64,000 nt of DNA from Nitrospinaceae bacterium (GTDB lineage: Bacteria; Nitrospinota; Nitrospinia; Nitrospinales; Nitrospinaceae): positions 2,464,001-2,528,000 of the forward strand of contig OZ245011.1 of assembly GCA_965223665.1 (NCBI GenBank). Direction: 5' to 3'. The notes beneath the pieces are model-generated. The model had not been told where the DNA came from, did no database searches, and worked only from the letters and a program-made list of their open reading frames with translations. Below are positions 48,941 through 58,054 of this stretch, piece after piece. Position numbers and translations under genes: made by a program. Within the stretch, counting starts at the first letter, position 1; each line of letters starts with the position of its first letter.

Positions 48941-51900
48941 TTAATGAGCCATTTCATTTTCAATGTCAGGGTTAATTTTGATGGCCATTTGATAATGCTT
49001 GCGGGCAGCGTCTTCATTTCCAACCAACTCATTTATCATACACAAATTGTAATGAGCTTTAGCTAGCTTTGGATTAAGACGAACTGCCTGGTTAAAAGGA
49101 CCTAGGGCTTCATGATAATGCTGTAATCTATAATAAACATCTCCCAATTGGAATTGCACTTCTGGATCTCTTGGCAATAGCTTTGCCGCTTTAGTTAAAT
49201 GGATCAATGCTTCCTCAGATTGATTATTCCTTATATACATCATCGCCAGTTTAAATAGAGATCTTGCATCTTTAGGATTTCTACGAATGGCAGCATCTAA
49301 CCGAGCACGTTCCTTTTCATCCTCAATTGACATTTGAGGAACTTTTCCTTTTAACTTATTATCTCCATTTGAAGCACTCGCATTTGATTGTTTAGGAGGT
49401 TCTTTTTCATCATTAGAATCTTGAACTGCTTTTTTCGGCTTAGCTTCAATCACAGTTGGAGGAGCAGACATATCTTGGAAGGTCTTTAATTTTGATTCTA
49501 ATTCGGTTCGCAAGTTTTGTTCTGATTGGATTCGTTCTTTTAATGCTTTTATTTCTTCTGTAAGATTGGAAACGTCATTTTCCAAACTAATTTTTTCTTC
49601 CTTGGCTTTACTCTCAGTGGCTTTGAGCAGTTCAAATTCTTTTTTCAATCCTTCCACTTCACCACTTCCTTCAACTTTTTCTTTAAGAACTCCGTCTAAC
49701 TTTTCTTGTGTTTCTTTTAATTGTAATTTTAATTTATTATTCTCTTCTGTGATTTTAGACTCTGTTTTCATTAGAGAGTTTATTTGTTTCTGTAATGCTT
49801 CAGCTGCACTAGAGCCTTGACTCTTCTCCTTAACTACATTTTCCAAATTAGTTCGCGCTTCTTTAAATTTTGCCTCTAAATCCGATTTTTCTTTTTTAAT
49901 ATTCTCCTCCGACTGACGGAGGGAACTTATTTGTTTCTGTAAGGCTTCAATCGTTCCCGATCCTTTGGATGCTTCCTGAACCGCAGATTCAAGTTTTTTC
50001 CTATGATCGTTAAATTCAGTTTCCAATTTAGTTTTTTCAACTCTCAATTTTTCTTCAGAATTACGAATTGAATCAACTTGTTTCTTCAAAGCCTCAATAG
50101 CACCAAGGTTTTTAGAATTATCTCTAACAACTGAGTCTAATTGGGATTTAGTCTCATTTAATTGACTTTCCAGTTTTTTATTCAAAGAGGAATTTTTTTC
50201 CAATTCCCGCTTATAGGAATTTTCCTGATTAACATGTTCCTTAATCTTTGATTCAAGCTGAACTTTTTCGGTTTTTAAAGTGTCTTCTGTTTTACGCACC
50301 TCTTCAATTTGCCTTTGAAGTGCTTCTGCCGCACCGGAACCTTTGGCAGATTCCTTTAACGCCTCATCCAATTTTGCTTGAGTTTCCTTTAATTCATTCT
50401 CAATTTTCTTCTGTTCTAATTTAACGCTTTCAGTCTCTTTTTGGGAAGAAGCAATTAGATCCTCATAGTCATTAACCTTACTCACTAAATCTACTTTTTC
50501 TTCTTTAAGTAATGCTTCAGATTTATTCTTTTTCTCAATTTCGCTTTGTAAAGCTTCGGCAGCACCCTTACTTTTTGCAGATTCTTTAAGTGTCTCTTCT
50601 AACTTGGATCTTGTACTCTTAAGCTCATTTTCCAATCCTTCCTTTTTGGCTTTAATTTCTAATTCTGATTTTCGAATAGTATCTGCTTCTTTTTGTAAAC
50701 TTTCCGTTTTCGTCAAAAGGGTTTGATTTTCTTTATGAGCTTTTTCTAATTTTGATTCTGTTTCTTTTAACTTCCCAGTCAAGCCATCCTTTTCAGATTT
50801 TAGATTTTCTTCTTCTTCCCGGGCTTTTGAAATTTGTTTTTGTAATTTTTCAGCAACATCGGATCCTTGCGCAGATTCCTCTAAAGCTTCATCCAATTGA
50901 GATTGGACATCTTTCAGGCGATTGTCTAAAGCAAGTTTTTCTGTCTTTAAAGATTCTTCACCCTTCCTTAATTCATCAATTTGTCTTTGTAATTCTTCCG
51001 TGAGACCTGAAGTTTTGGCGGAATCTTTACTGGTTTCGTCCAATTGTGATTGAATACTTTTAAGACTTTTTTCTAAATGTTCCTTCTCTCCTTTTAACTC
51101 TTTTTCAGATTCCTGGAGCTCTTCAATTTGTTTTTGCAAAGAATCGGTTAGGTCGGATCCATCAGTTGAGGATTTAATGGCCTCATCCAGTTTTATTTTT
51201 AAATCCTCTAACTGAATATTAAGTTCAGCATTTTCATTCTTTAAAGCCTCTTCGGATTTTCTGACAGAATCAATTTCATTTTGAATATTTTTAACATCTG
51301 AGGAAGATGTTTTTTGGGCTGTTTCTAAGGCAGATTTAACTTCTTCTAAATCTTTTTCCAGTTTTAATCTTTTGTCTATTTCTGCTTTTAACTCTTCGTC
51401 CGAAACACCATCTTTTTCAGAAGATGTTTTTTTAACTTCCACTAATTCAGAATTTACTTCTTTCAATTCTTGTTCTAGTTTTAATCTTTTTTCTACCTCT
51501 TTATTAAACTTTTCCTCTGAAATCCCAGCGTTATCTTTAGAGGAAGAGGATTCATTAGCCCGCTTAAGTTGAGATTCAATTTCTTTTCGAGCATCTATCT
51601 CTTCCAACAACTTTTTATTAACCTGATATAATTCTTCAGTTCGCTCGGATAAACTTTTTTCCACACTCGCCCGTTTTTCCTGCTCCATTTGGAGTTCTAT
51701 ACTCGACCCATCCAATCCACCAGACGAATCGGCGTTTTCTTGAACGGAAGATAATTTGGCTTTTACTTCTTTTAATGCATTTTCTGCATTAATTCGTCTT
51801 TGTATTTCCTTTTTGAGTGCATCGTCAGATCCAGAAGCACCACCCTGGGTAGCAGAAGCTAGTTGTTGCTTAGCTTCCTTTAGCTCTTGAGTACGTTCTT

Positions 51901-51976
51901 TTAATTGAGAGCTAAGGCTTTGTAGTACTTCTTGAAGTGTTTGCGCAACACCTTTATTGGGGGTAGTAGACATCAA
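48941..51976 (-). CDS. Long coiled-coil repeat protein with C-terminal TPRs
   Basis: About 830 aa of heptad pattern with 49-aa repeats; TPR motifs such as NPKLAKAHYNL; no TM helix or signal peptide. Confidence 0.88.
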   Translation of the reverse strand: MMSTTPNKGVAQTLQEVLQSLSSQLKERTQELKEAKQQLASATQGGASGSDDALKKEIQRRINAENALKEVKAKLSSVQENADSSGGLDGSSIELQMEQEKRASVEKSLSERTEELYQVNKKLLEEIDARKEIESQLKRANESSSSKDNAGISEEKFNKEVEKRLKLEQELKEVNSELVEVKKTSSEKDGVSDEELKAEIDKRLKLEKDLEEVKSALETAQKTSSSDVKNIQNEIDSVRKSEEALKNENAELNIQLEDLKIKLDEAIKSSTDGSDLTDSLQKQIEELQESEKELKGEKEHLEKSLKSIQSQLDETSKDSAKTSGLTEELQRQIDELRKGEESLKTEKLALDNRLKDVQSQLDEALEESAQGSDVAEKLQKQISKAREEEENLKSEKDGLTGKLKETESKLEKAHKENQTLLTKTESLQKEADTIRKSELEIKAKKEGLENELKSTRSKLEETLKESAKSKGAAEALQSEIEKKNKSEALLKEEKVDLVSKVNDYEDLIASSQKETESVKLEQKKIENELKETQAKLDEALKESAKGSGAAEALQRQIEEVRKTEDTLKTEKVQLESKIKEHVNQENSYKRELEKNSSLNKKLESQLNETKSQLDSVVRDNSKNLGAIEALKKQVDSIRNSEEKLRVEKTKLETEFNDHRKKLESAVQEASKGSGTIEALQKQISSLRQSEENIKKEKSDLEAKFKEARTNLENVVKEKSQGSSAAEALQKQINSLMKTESKITEENNKLKLQLKETQEKLDGVLKEKVEGSGEVEGLKKEFELLKATESKAKEEKISLENDVSNLTEEIKALKERIQSEQNLRTELESKLKTFQDMSAPPTVIEAKPKKAVQDSNDEKEPPKQSNASASNGDNKLKGKVPQMSIEDEKERARLDAAIRRNPKDARSLFKLAMMYIRNNQSEEALIHLTKAAKLLPRDPEVQFQLGDVYYRLQHYHEALGPFNQAVRLNPKLAKAHYNLCMINELVGNEDAARKHYQMAIKINPDIENEMAH

Positions 51977-52602
51977 ATATTCCTTAACTTAGAAGAATCC
52001 CCGAACGATAATATCTAAGCGCCTCATATTGCAAATATGGGCAAAAATAAACAAAATAAAAAATATTCCCAAAATGGCCTAAAAAAATATAAAACTGATT
52101 ACATATTTTTTTATTGCCTTCCTCACATTTTTAAACCCGTAAAAATTAAAAGACAAAAGTAATCCCATAAAATCTTATAAACAATTATCTAAAAGGGTAG
52201 ACAAAACTCCCCTCACGACAATTTTTTGGCAGCAACAATTGCCTTTGGATTAAATTTTTCAATTAATTAGAGGCACAAACCCCAGGTTCTCTTGTATATT
52301 TAGTTTAAGGCAAAACCCAATAAATTTGGATAATCAATTTAAAAAAACTTATAAATTTCTTCGGTCCTTTAAAATTAAAATGATTTTTTTCTTTGGATTC
52401 TTTATTCTAAATTAACAAAGCATTTTTCAACAACAATGGGGTGGCATAAGCCCAGTTTCTTTATGAAACAAAATTTCTAATTAATAAAAACTTATAAAGA
52501 ATCTTTGAATTTTCTTAAGTTAAATGAATAACGAGTTGAAAGTTTTAAAATGGTAGGCTTTTCTATGACAATTTAAAAAAAAGGAAAAGTGGAAAGAAAG
52601 AT

Positions 52603-53082
52603 TTATTTAGATTTGTATTCGGGGTTTAAACGATCTGCTTCCTTTTTATAAGAGTCAGCTTCATCGTTATTTCCTAAAAGTTTGTAGACTAGACTTAAAA
52701 CTCGATGGGCATCTGCAAAATCAGGTTTAGTTTTAACAGCATTTTTTAGGGGTTCAAGTGCATCAGAATACTGACCAACAACCATATAACCTAAGGCCAA
52801 ATTATAATGAGCTTCAGCCCATTCGGGATCTAAAAAAGTCGCCTCTTGAAATGCATCTAACATTTCTTCGAATCTTTTTAAGGAGTCGAATGCCCTTCCC
52901 AAGCCTAAGTGAGCTTTTGCACTTTTAGAATTTAAGCGAACTGCTTTTTGAAAAACTTCCAAAGCGTCTTGTCCCTTTAATTCATAAAGATAGGCATCCC
53001 CTAAATTTAAATAATTTTCAAGATTCTCAGGGTTTTTTTCTAAATTTTCCAGGAGTTTTTGAATATTTTCTGATGATTCCAA
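52603..53082 (-). CDS. TPR repeat protein
   Basis: About four TPRs (AHLGLG, AEAHYNLA, PDFADAH). Confidence 0.9.
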   Translation of the reverse strand: MESSENIQKLLENLEKNPENLENYLNLGDAYLYELKGQDALEVFQKAVRLNSKSAKAHLGLGRAFDSLKRFEEMLDAFQEATFLDPEWAEAHYNLALGYMVVGQYSDALEPLKNAVKTKPDFADAHRVLSLVYKLLGNNDEADSYKKEADRLNPEYKSK

Positions 53083-53101
53083 AATGTTTTTCCTACGAGT
53101 A

Positions 53102-53965
53102 TTATTCGATTTTAAATTGTTGAGTCGTTGAAAAACGGTTCATTCGAATTCCTCCCATTCGTAAACCAATTAAAACATCTAAGGAAGGAACAAAAAAGGA
53201 CCACCCCGTAACGGGTTTAATGGCTTCCAACCATTGACAGTTTTCAGATGAAACACTTTCAAAATTCCTGAGCAGGAAATCTTCCCATTCCTCTAAGTCA
53301 CGATTAAATACTAATATCCATTGACTTTCATCTTTAAAAGAATTTTGCGGCCAAGAATGGATCAAATAATTTTTATCTTGAGATTTTATTATTTGATTAA
53401 AGCCCTCCCCAGCCGTAATTGGATTGGACTTTTTTCCTGAAAACTTTTGAACCCATAAAAAACTCCCTCCTGTAAAGTCAGGTTGGTCAGGACCAATTAA
53501 TATCGATGGCGGAGCGGAAATATCTTCTTTTTTTTCTTCAGATTTTTGGCACTTTCTTTTTTGTATTTCAACCTCATCAACAACTTCTGTCAATCTATGT
53601 AAATTCTTTTTTATTTGATCCCCCAACTTTTCAATTAACTTATAATTATCAGATGAAACATAAATTAATAAATCTCCCTCCCCCCCGGGGAAAGTTACAT
53701 TTTTAATTTCTAATTCTTCAAATTCTTTTAAGCCATTTGGCTTTCCAGTGTGCCAAACCAATATCCAAAACATTTGTCCAAAACCCACGGTACATTCTAT
53801 TTGATTTCCAGGATTCATCTTTAATAATTCGCTGGCAAGTCCTGGCACCATTACTGAGAATTGCGAAACACTCATTGCATTCATTGGAAGATCAATAACA
53901 TTAAAAACCCATAAATGTGAGTAAACTGAAGAATTCGGTTTGATTCCGGACTGTGGACGGGACAT
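53102..53965 (-). CDS. Degenerate DyP-type peroxidase homologue (pseudoenzyme)
   Basis: MSRPQSGI, VGFG..W, GDLLIYV.S, GGSFLWVQKF and KPVTG..FFVPSLD align with YfeX-like DyPs; the catalytic motifs are missing. Confidence 0.8.
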   Translation of the reverse strand: MSRPQSGIKPNSSVYSHLWVFNVIDLPMNAMSVSQFSVMVPGLASELLKMNPGNQIECTVGFGQMFWILVWHTGKPNGLKEFEELEIKNVTFPGGEGDLLIYVSSDNYKLIEKLGDQIKKNLHRLTEVVDEVEIQKRKCQKSEEKKEDISAPPSILIGPDQPDFTGGSFLWVQKFSGKKSNPITAGEGFNQIIKSQDKNYLIHSWPQNSFKDESQWILVFNRDLEEWEDFLLRNFESVSSENCQWLEAIKPVTGWSFFVPSLDVLIGLRMGGIRMNRFSTTQQFKIE

Positions 53966-54195
53966 TTTTTTCACCAATCATAATAATTTGGTGAATTAAT
54001 CTACAGGAATTTAAAAATGAAACAAGGGGAATTATTCAAAGGAGAAGTGAGATTAAAGGAATCTCAACTTCCTTGAATAAGAGAAAGATAACACCTCCAA
54101 AAGGAGGGGAATAGGCCTCTTAGGAAAGAAATTACAATTAATTTGCAATTTAAAATGCAAACAAATAATTTATTGAACCAGAATCTTTTCTTTTT

Positions 54196-54408
54196 TTAAT
54201 GAGACTGGTTCAAATCATTATAGTCTGGGTAAACTAAATCCAAGGTTTGTTTAACCCAGTTGGGAACCTGAGGTTTGCTGGAAGTAACTAATCCAATTGC
54301 CTCTTCACTTTTCCAAAAGTTTTCCCAATGCATTTTGTTTAATTTTTTTTCTGAAACAACTTTTTTTACCGTACCATCAGGGCGTTTGACTCGAACTTCG
54401 TAAAACAT
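54196..54408 (-). CDS. 70-aa hypothetical protein (MFYEVRV..DG.VKKV..HW..F)
   Basis: Strong GGGAGG SD and its own sigma-54-type promoter. Confidence 0.8.
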   Translation of the reverse strand: MFYEVRVKRPDGTVKKVVSEKKLNKMHWENFWKSEEAIGLVTSSKPQVPNWVKQTLDLVYPDYNDLNQSH

Positions 54409-54557
54409 TTTAAAACCTCCCTTTAAATAGCCTTTTAATGTTTTTAATTTGACTCGGGAAAACCCCTATTAATAAAAATTTGGGGGGACAGGGAGGGTTT
54501 CCCCGAGTCTAACTTAACTAATTAATTTTTTTGATGTTACGTTTATATTAGTAACTA

Positions 54558-54574
54558 AGCAATCGACATGCCAA
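54558..54574 (-). promoter_or_regulatory. sigma-54 (-24/-12) promoter
   Basis: TTGGCATGTCGATTGCT with exact GG-N10-GC spacing, about 150 nt upstream of 54408. Confidence 0.8.
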
Positions 54575-54846
54575 AAATTTGGAAAATCTTACAAATAGTT
54601 TAAAGTGTGATATTTCAATAACTTTCAACCCAAACTATAGATTTTCTTTTATAGTAAATGTACTAAAATCTGGTCAATCATCAAAAATTCTCGTACGGCC
54701 TGCCGTACAAATTTCCATAACATATTGTTTTCCAAGGGTTATCATTTTTTTTACGGAAAATTGACAAAAAAGTTTAGTGACAATATTGGTAAAGACAGTG
54801 ACCAAAAAGGTAAGTCCAGAATTTTCTTGGAATTTTTAGGGGGGGA

Positions 54847-55545
54847 TTAATTTAAATCAAAAAATAGTATTTCACTTTCATGAGTTGCTTTTAAAGTAAG
54901 CTGGTTTTCATTACTTAAACCAGCCCCATCTCCTTCATCCAACTCTTGACCATTTATATAAACCTTCCCTCTAATAATTTGCACCCAGGAATGTCTATTA
55001 AAGTCCAAGGGTTGATTCAACTCTTGATTGGGTTCTACGATTGAAGAATAAATATTTACATCCTGATGAATTTTAAGGGTTTTTTCTCTCCCATCGGGAG
55101 AAACCATCAATTGCAATTTTCCCTTACGATCCTTTTCATTAAGAGAAATTTGCTCGTAGCCAGGATCAATATTTAATTTTTGCGGGAGAATCCAAATTTG
55201 AAGTAGTCGAAGAGGTTCGACAATGGAGGAATTGTATTCGCTGTGCTCAATACCATAACCCGCGCTCATTCTTTGAATCTCTCCTGCGCGGATCAAATTT
55301 TGGTGCCCTAGGTTATCTTTATGAAGAACTCCACCTTCATAGACATAAGTAATGATTTCCATGTCCTTGTGAGGATGGGTACCAAACCCCCGACCAGGCT
55401 CAATAAAATCATCATTTATAACTCGGATGTCCCGGAACCCCATGAACCGGGAATCATAATATTCACCAAAAGAAAAAGTATGCTTGCTCTTTAACCAACC
55501 CCAATCAACTGCACCGCGTTCTTCAGATCGACGAATTTGAATCAT
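54847..55545 (-). CDS. Pirin-family protein (YhhW-like)
   Basis: WLKSKHTFSF, GFGTHPHKDMEI, H.D and QRMSAG.GIEHSEYN. Confidence 0.95.
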   Translation of the reverse strand: MIQIRRSEERGAVDWGWLKSKHTFSFGEYYDSRFMGFRDIRVINDDFIEPGRGFGTHPHKDMEIITYVYEGGVLHKDNLGHQNLIRAGEIQRMSAGYGIEHSEYNSSIVEPLRLLQIWILPQKLNIDPGYEQISLNEKDRKGKLQLMVSPDGREKTLKIHQDVNIYSSIVEPNQELNQPLDFNRHSWVQIIRGKVYINGQELDEGDGAGLSNENQLTLKATHESEILFFDLN

Positions 55546-55589
55546 AATTCGATTTTATTAAGAAAAACGAGGCAAAACCATCAAAAAGT

Positions 55590-56306
55590 TTAGAACTGAT
55601 AGTAAATAGAAATATAAAGCCTATGAATATCGTTAATATCGGCTGCTGCAAGTCTGTTATCTTCGGGCTGCTCATTCATATGCTGTCGACCGGTATTCCA
55701 TCCCGTTAAATCTGGCATCCAATCGTAACCAACTCTTGCAAAAAAATGGTCATAGAATTGACATTCCGCACCAAGGCCATAAAGCCCACTCAAACCTACG
55801 TCTTTAGGTTCACCCCCACCTAAGGGAAGAAATGCCCCTTTATCAGCTTCCTTAATTTCACTATAAACCACCCCAAACCTCACGTAAGGAATAAAATGTT
55901 GGGATACAGGGTAGCGTAATCCTATAATCCCTGCAAAACTGCTAATTTTAAATTCGTCAGCTTCTCCCCCAGTTCCTCCTGGTCCTGGACCAAATACAGT
56001 AAACTTTTCCGTGGTACTTATTGTAGGAATATACATAAATTCAAGAAATGCATACTGTCCAATTTTAGCTCCTACAAATAAATCTCCGGAAAACTTTTTG
56101 GTGTCAATAATATCATCGCAGCCTTTTGCCCCGAATGTGCCACCTCGGGTCGCATCCTCACATCCCTTCAAATGAGCTAGCGCTATGGAACCACCTGCGT
56201 AAAATTTTAATTTGTCACTAAATGAGGAGCCTGGGTCAGCATAAAGAGTGCCTGTCATCATGAGCACTAACGCTAAACAGGCAATAAAAATTGAGCGTAA
56301 TCGCAT
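55590..56306 (-). CDS. Outer-membrane beta-barrel protein (OmpA-TM-like)
   Basis: Signal peptide ending LYA, alternating strands (PYVRFG, YGLGAE) and a C-terminal YYQF. Confidence 0.8.
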   Translation of the reverse strand: MRLRSIFIACLALVLMMTGTLYADPGSSFSDKLKFYAGGSIALAHLKGCEDATRGGTFGAKGCDDIIDTKKFSGDLFVGAKIGQYAFLEFMYIPTISTTEKFTVFGPGPGGTGGEADEFKISSFAGIIGLRYPVSQHFIPYVRFGVVYSEIKEADKGAFLPLGGGEPKDVGLSGLYGLGAECQFYDHFFARVGYDWMPDLTGWNTGRQHMNEQPEDNRLAAADINDIHRLYISIYYQF

Positions 56307-56766
56307 ACTTTTTCTCCATACTAAATTGATGAAAATAATAACTTATGGGGTTTTGAGCTAATAAAAACTTCCTTATTGCAAGGAAATTTCCCTAATTAAA
56401 GGGTAGGGATTCCCTTTTATAAAAAAACTTTATGCAAGTTAACACTACATTAGAAGAAAAACAATTTCAACGCTTTATTTTTCAATAAATTAACAACCAT
56501 TCTAATCTACATAAACTAAAAAGTCTTTAAAATTTTTGGAACGCCATAATAGAAAAGCTAATTTGTATGCGAATTCTAAAACCAAGAGCTCGGTCAGAAC
56601 AATATTTTACTCCAAAATTAATAGTAATCCCTGCTAACACCCCTCAAAAAAGGCAGGAAATCTTTGACTGTATCATAAACGGAATATTCCAAAAATCAAA
56701 TAAAATTCTGACCCTTTAAGAGACAATCATTAAAATAAAAGAAAAAATATTTTTGAGATAATTGTA

Positions 56767-56952
56767 ATGAACCAAAATGAACAATTTTTCCTATGTCCCT
56801 GTTGTGGTTCAAATATGTCTATTCTTTTAGACTTATCCATTTCCGACCAAACTTACATTGAAGATTGTGAAGTGTGTTGTCGTCCCCTTCAAATAAACTT
56901 TAAAACTAATGGCACAGAAATTATGGATTTTTTTGCACAGCCATCAAATTAA
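56767..56952 (+). CDS. CPXCG-motif cysteine-rich protein
   Basis: CPCCG...D.S...QTYIEDCEVCCRP. Confidence 0.9.
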   Translation: MNQNEQFFLCPCCGSNMSILLDLSISDQTYIEDCEVCCRPLQINFKTNGTEIMDFFAQPSN

Positions 56953-56959
56953 CTCAAGA

Positions 56960-58054
56960 TCAAAGTTTATCTTCCCTTTTTAGCTTATTAAAATGAACCA
57001 TTAATTCTTTTGTAAAGCGAATTGCATCTACTTTTCTAAGGTGGGACCATTCGGGACAATCAAACTTTCTCAATTCTGGATAATCTTCAAAATGAAATCC
57101 GGGAGATTGAGTAGATTCAATTAACTGGTCCCAATATTTTTCCCTTGGTGTTGTTTTCTTTTCCAATTCTCTCAATCCTCCTGAAGAAGGCAAACGAACA
57201 AATATCACCTTACCTCCTTTACCACGAATTTTTTCAACATTAACCTTTGTTGTTTGTAATACCTCTTGAATCACTTTTTCTCTTTCTTCTTTTATTTCCA
57301 AATCCGTTAATTGGGCTTGAGGCGATGGAGCGAATAAAGGCATCCAAATATTCTGAATACGTTTTTGAATGGCAGAATTTTTTTCAGCAAAATCAGTCAT
57401 ACCTCCCTGTCGCTCTTCATCCACTTCATGAAAATAGGGGGGCAGTTCCGGGGGAACTTTGGCATTAGGCCGATTAGGGAACCGTAGCTTATTTAAGAGC
57501 TGTTTAAGGCTCAAATCTTCCTTCTGGATAAAAGCAAAGTTTCTCTCTAAAAAAACTCCAATATTGTGCCCCACTTTTTGTGCTGGAGTCCATTCTCTAT
57601 AACGTTTGAGATGGCGATTTGCATTATTCGAAGAGGCTAATGGCGTAAAGAAAAATTTAGGCACAACACCTACTATTACCGTACCTGAATATTTGGGATC
57701 ATCTGCCAAATCCTTCAAATAGGGTCCAGGATTGGTTCCAACGGTAGAAAGCTGCAAAGGTCTCTCGTTAAAGGTTTTTTCATAAACATCTAAATTAAAA
57801 TCAAATAACATTCTGGAAGAACCTATCAATACCGTTCGTTGAGGATCTTCTTCTAAAATGGATCGCCGACTAGCCCACAAATCCTCAGTATCATTTAATG
57901 TTGGAGCATATCCCATATTCCTACAATACATTTCCCAACCTAAGGTCAAGAATAAAGTTAGGAAAAAAGCCACTCCAGCTAATAAAGCCCAGGAATGATT
58001 AGGAATTATTCTCTCCAATCGATAAGTTTTAAAACTGGAAGTAGATAAAGGCAT
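56960..58054 (-). CDS. SGNH/DltD-AlgJ-like periplasmic partner of the MBOAT
   Basis: N-terminal TM helix, LIGSSRM and C-terminal DCPEWSHL; the start overlaps the MBOAT end. Confidence 0.7.
   Translation of the reverse strand: MPLSTSSFKTYRLERIIPNHSWALLAGVAFFLTLFLTLGWEMYCRNMGYAPTLNDTEDLWASRRSILEEDPQRTVLIGSSRMLFDFNLDVYEKTFNERPLQLSTVGTNPGPYLKDLADDPKYSGTVIVGVVPKFFFTPLASSNNANRHLKRYREWTPAQKVGHNIGVFLERNFAFIQKEDLSLKQLLNKLRFPNRPNAKVPPELPPYFHEVDEERQGGMTDFAEKNSAIQKRIQNIWMPLFAPSPQAQLTDLEIKEEREKVIQEVLQTTKVNVEKIRGKGGKVIFVRLPSSGGLRELEKKTTPREKYWDQLIESTQSPGFHFEDYPELRKFDCPEWSHLRKVDAIRFTKELMVHFNKLKREDKL

Noticed and set aside
48941-51976. SMC/SbcC ATPase
   Set aside because: No Walker A/B, signature or hinge motifs.
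52226-52243. sigma-54-like TTGGCA...TTGC
   Set aside because: The GG-to-GC spacing is 11 nt rather than 10, and it points away from the nearby gene start.
53102-53965. DyP pseudogene
   Set aside because: No stops or frameshifts, and the structural motifs are retained at both ends, so it is treated as a pseudoenzyme.
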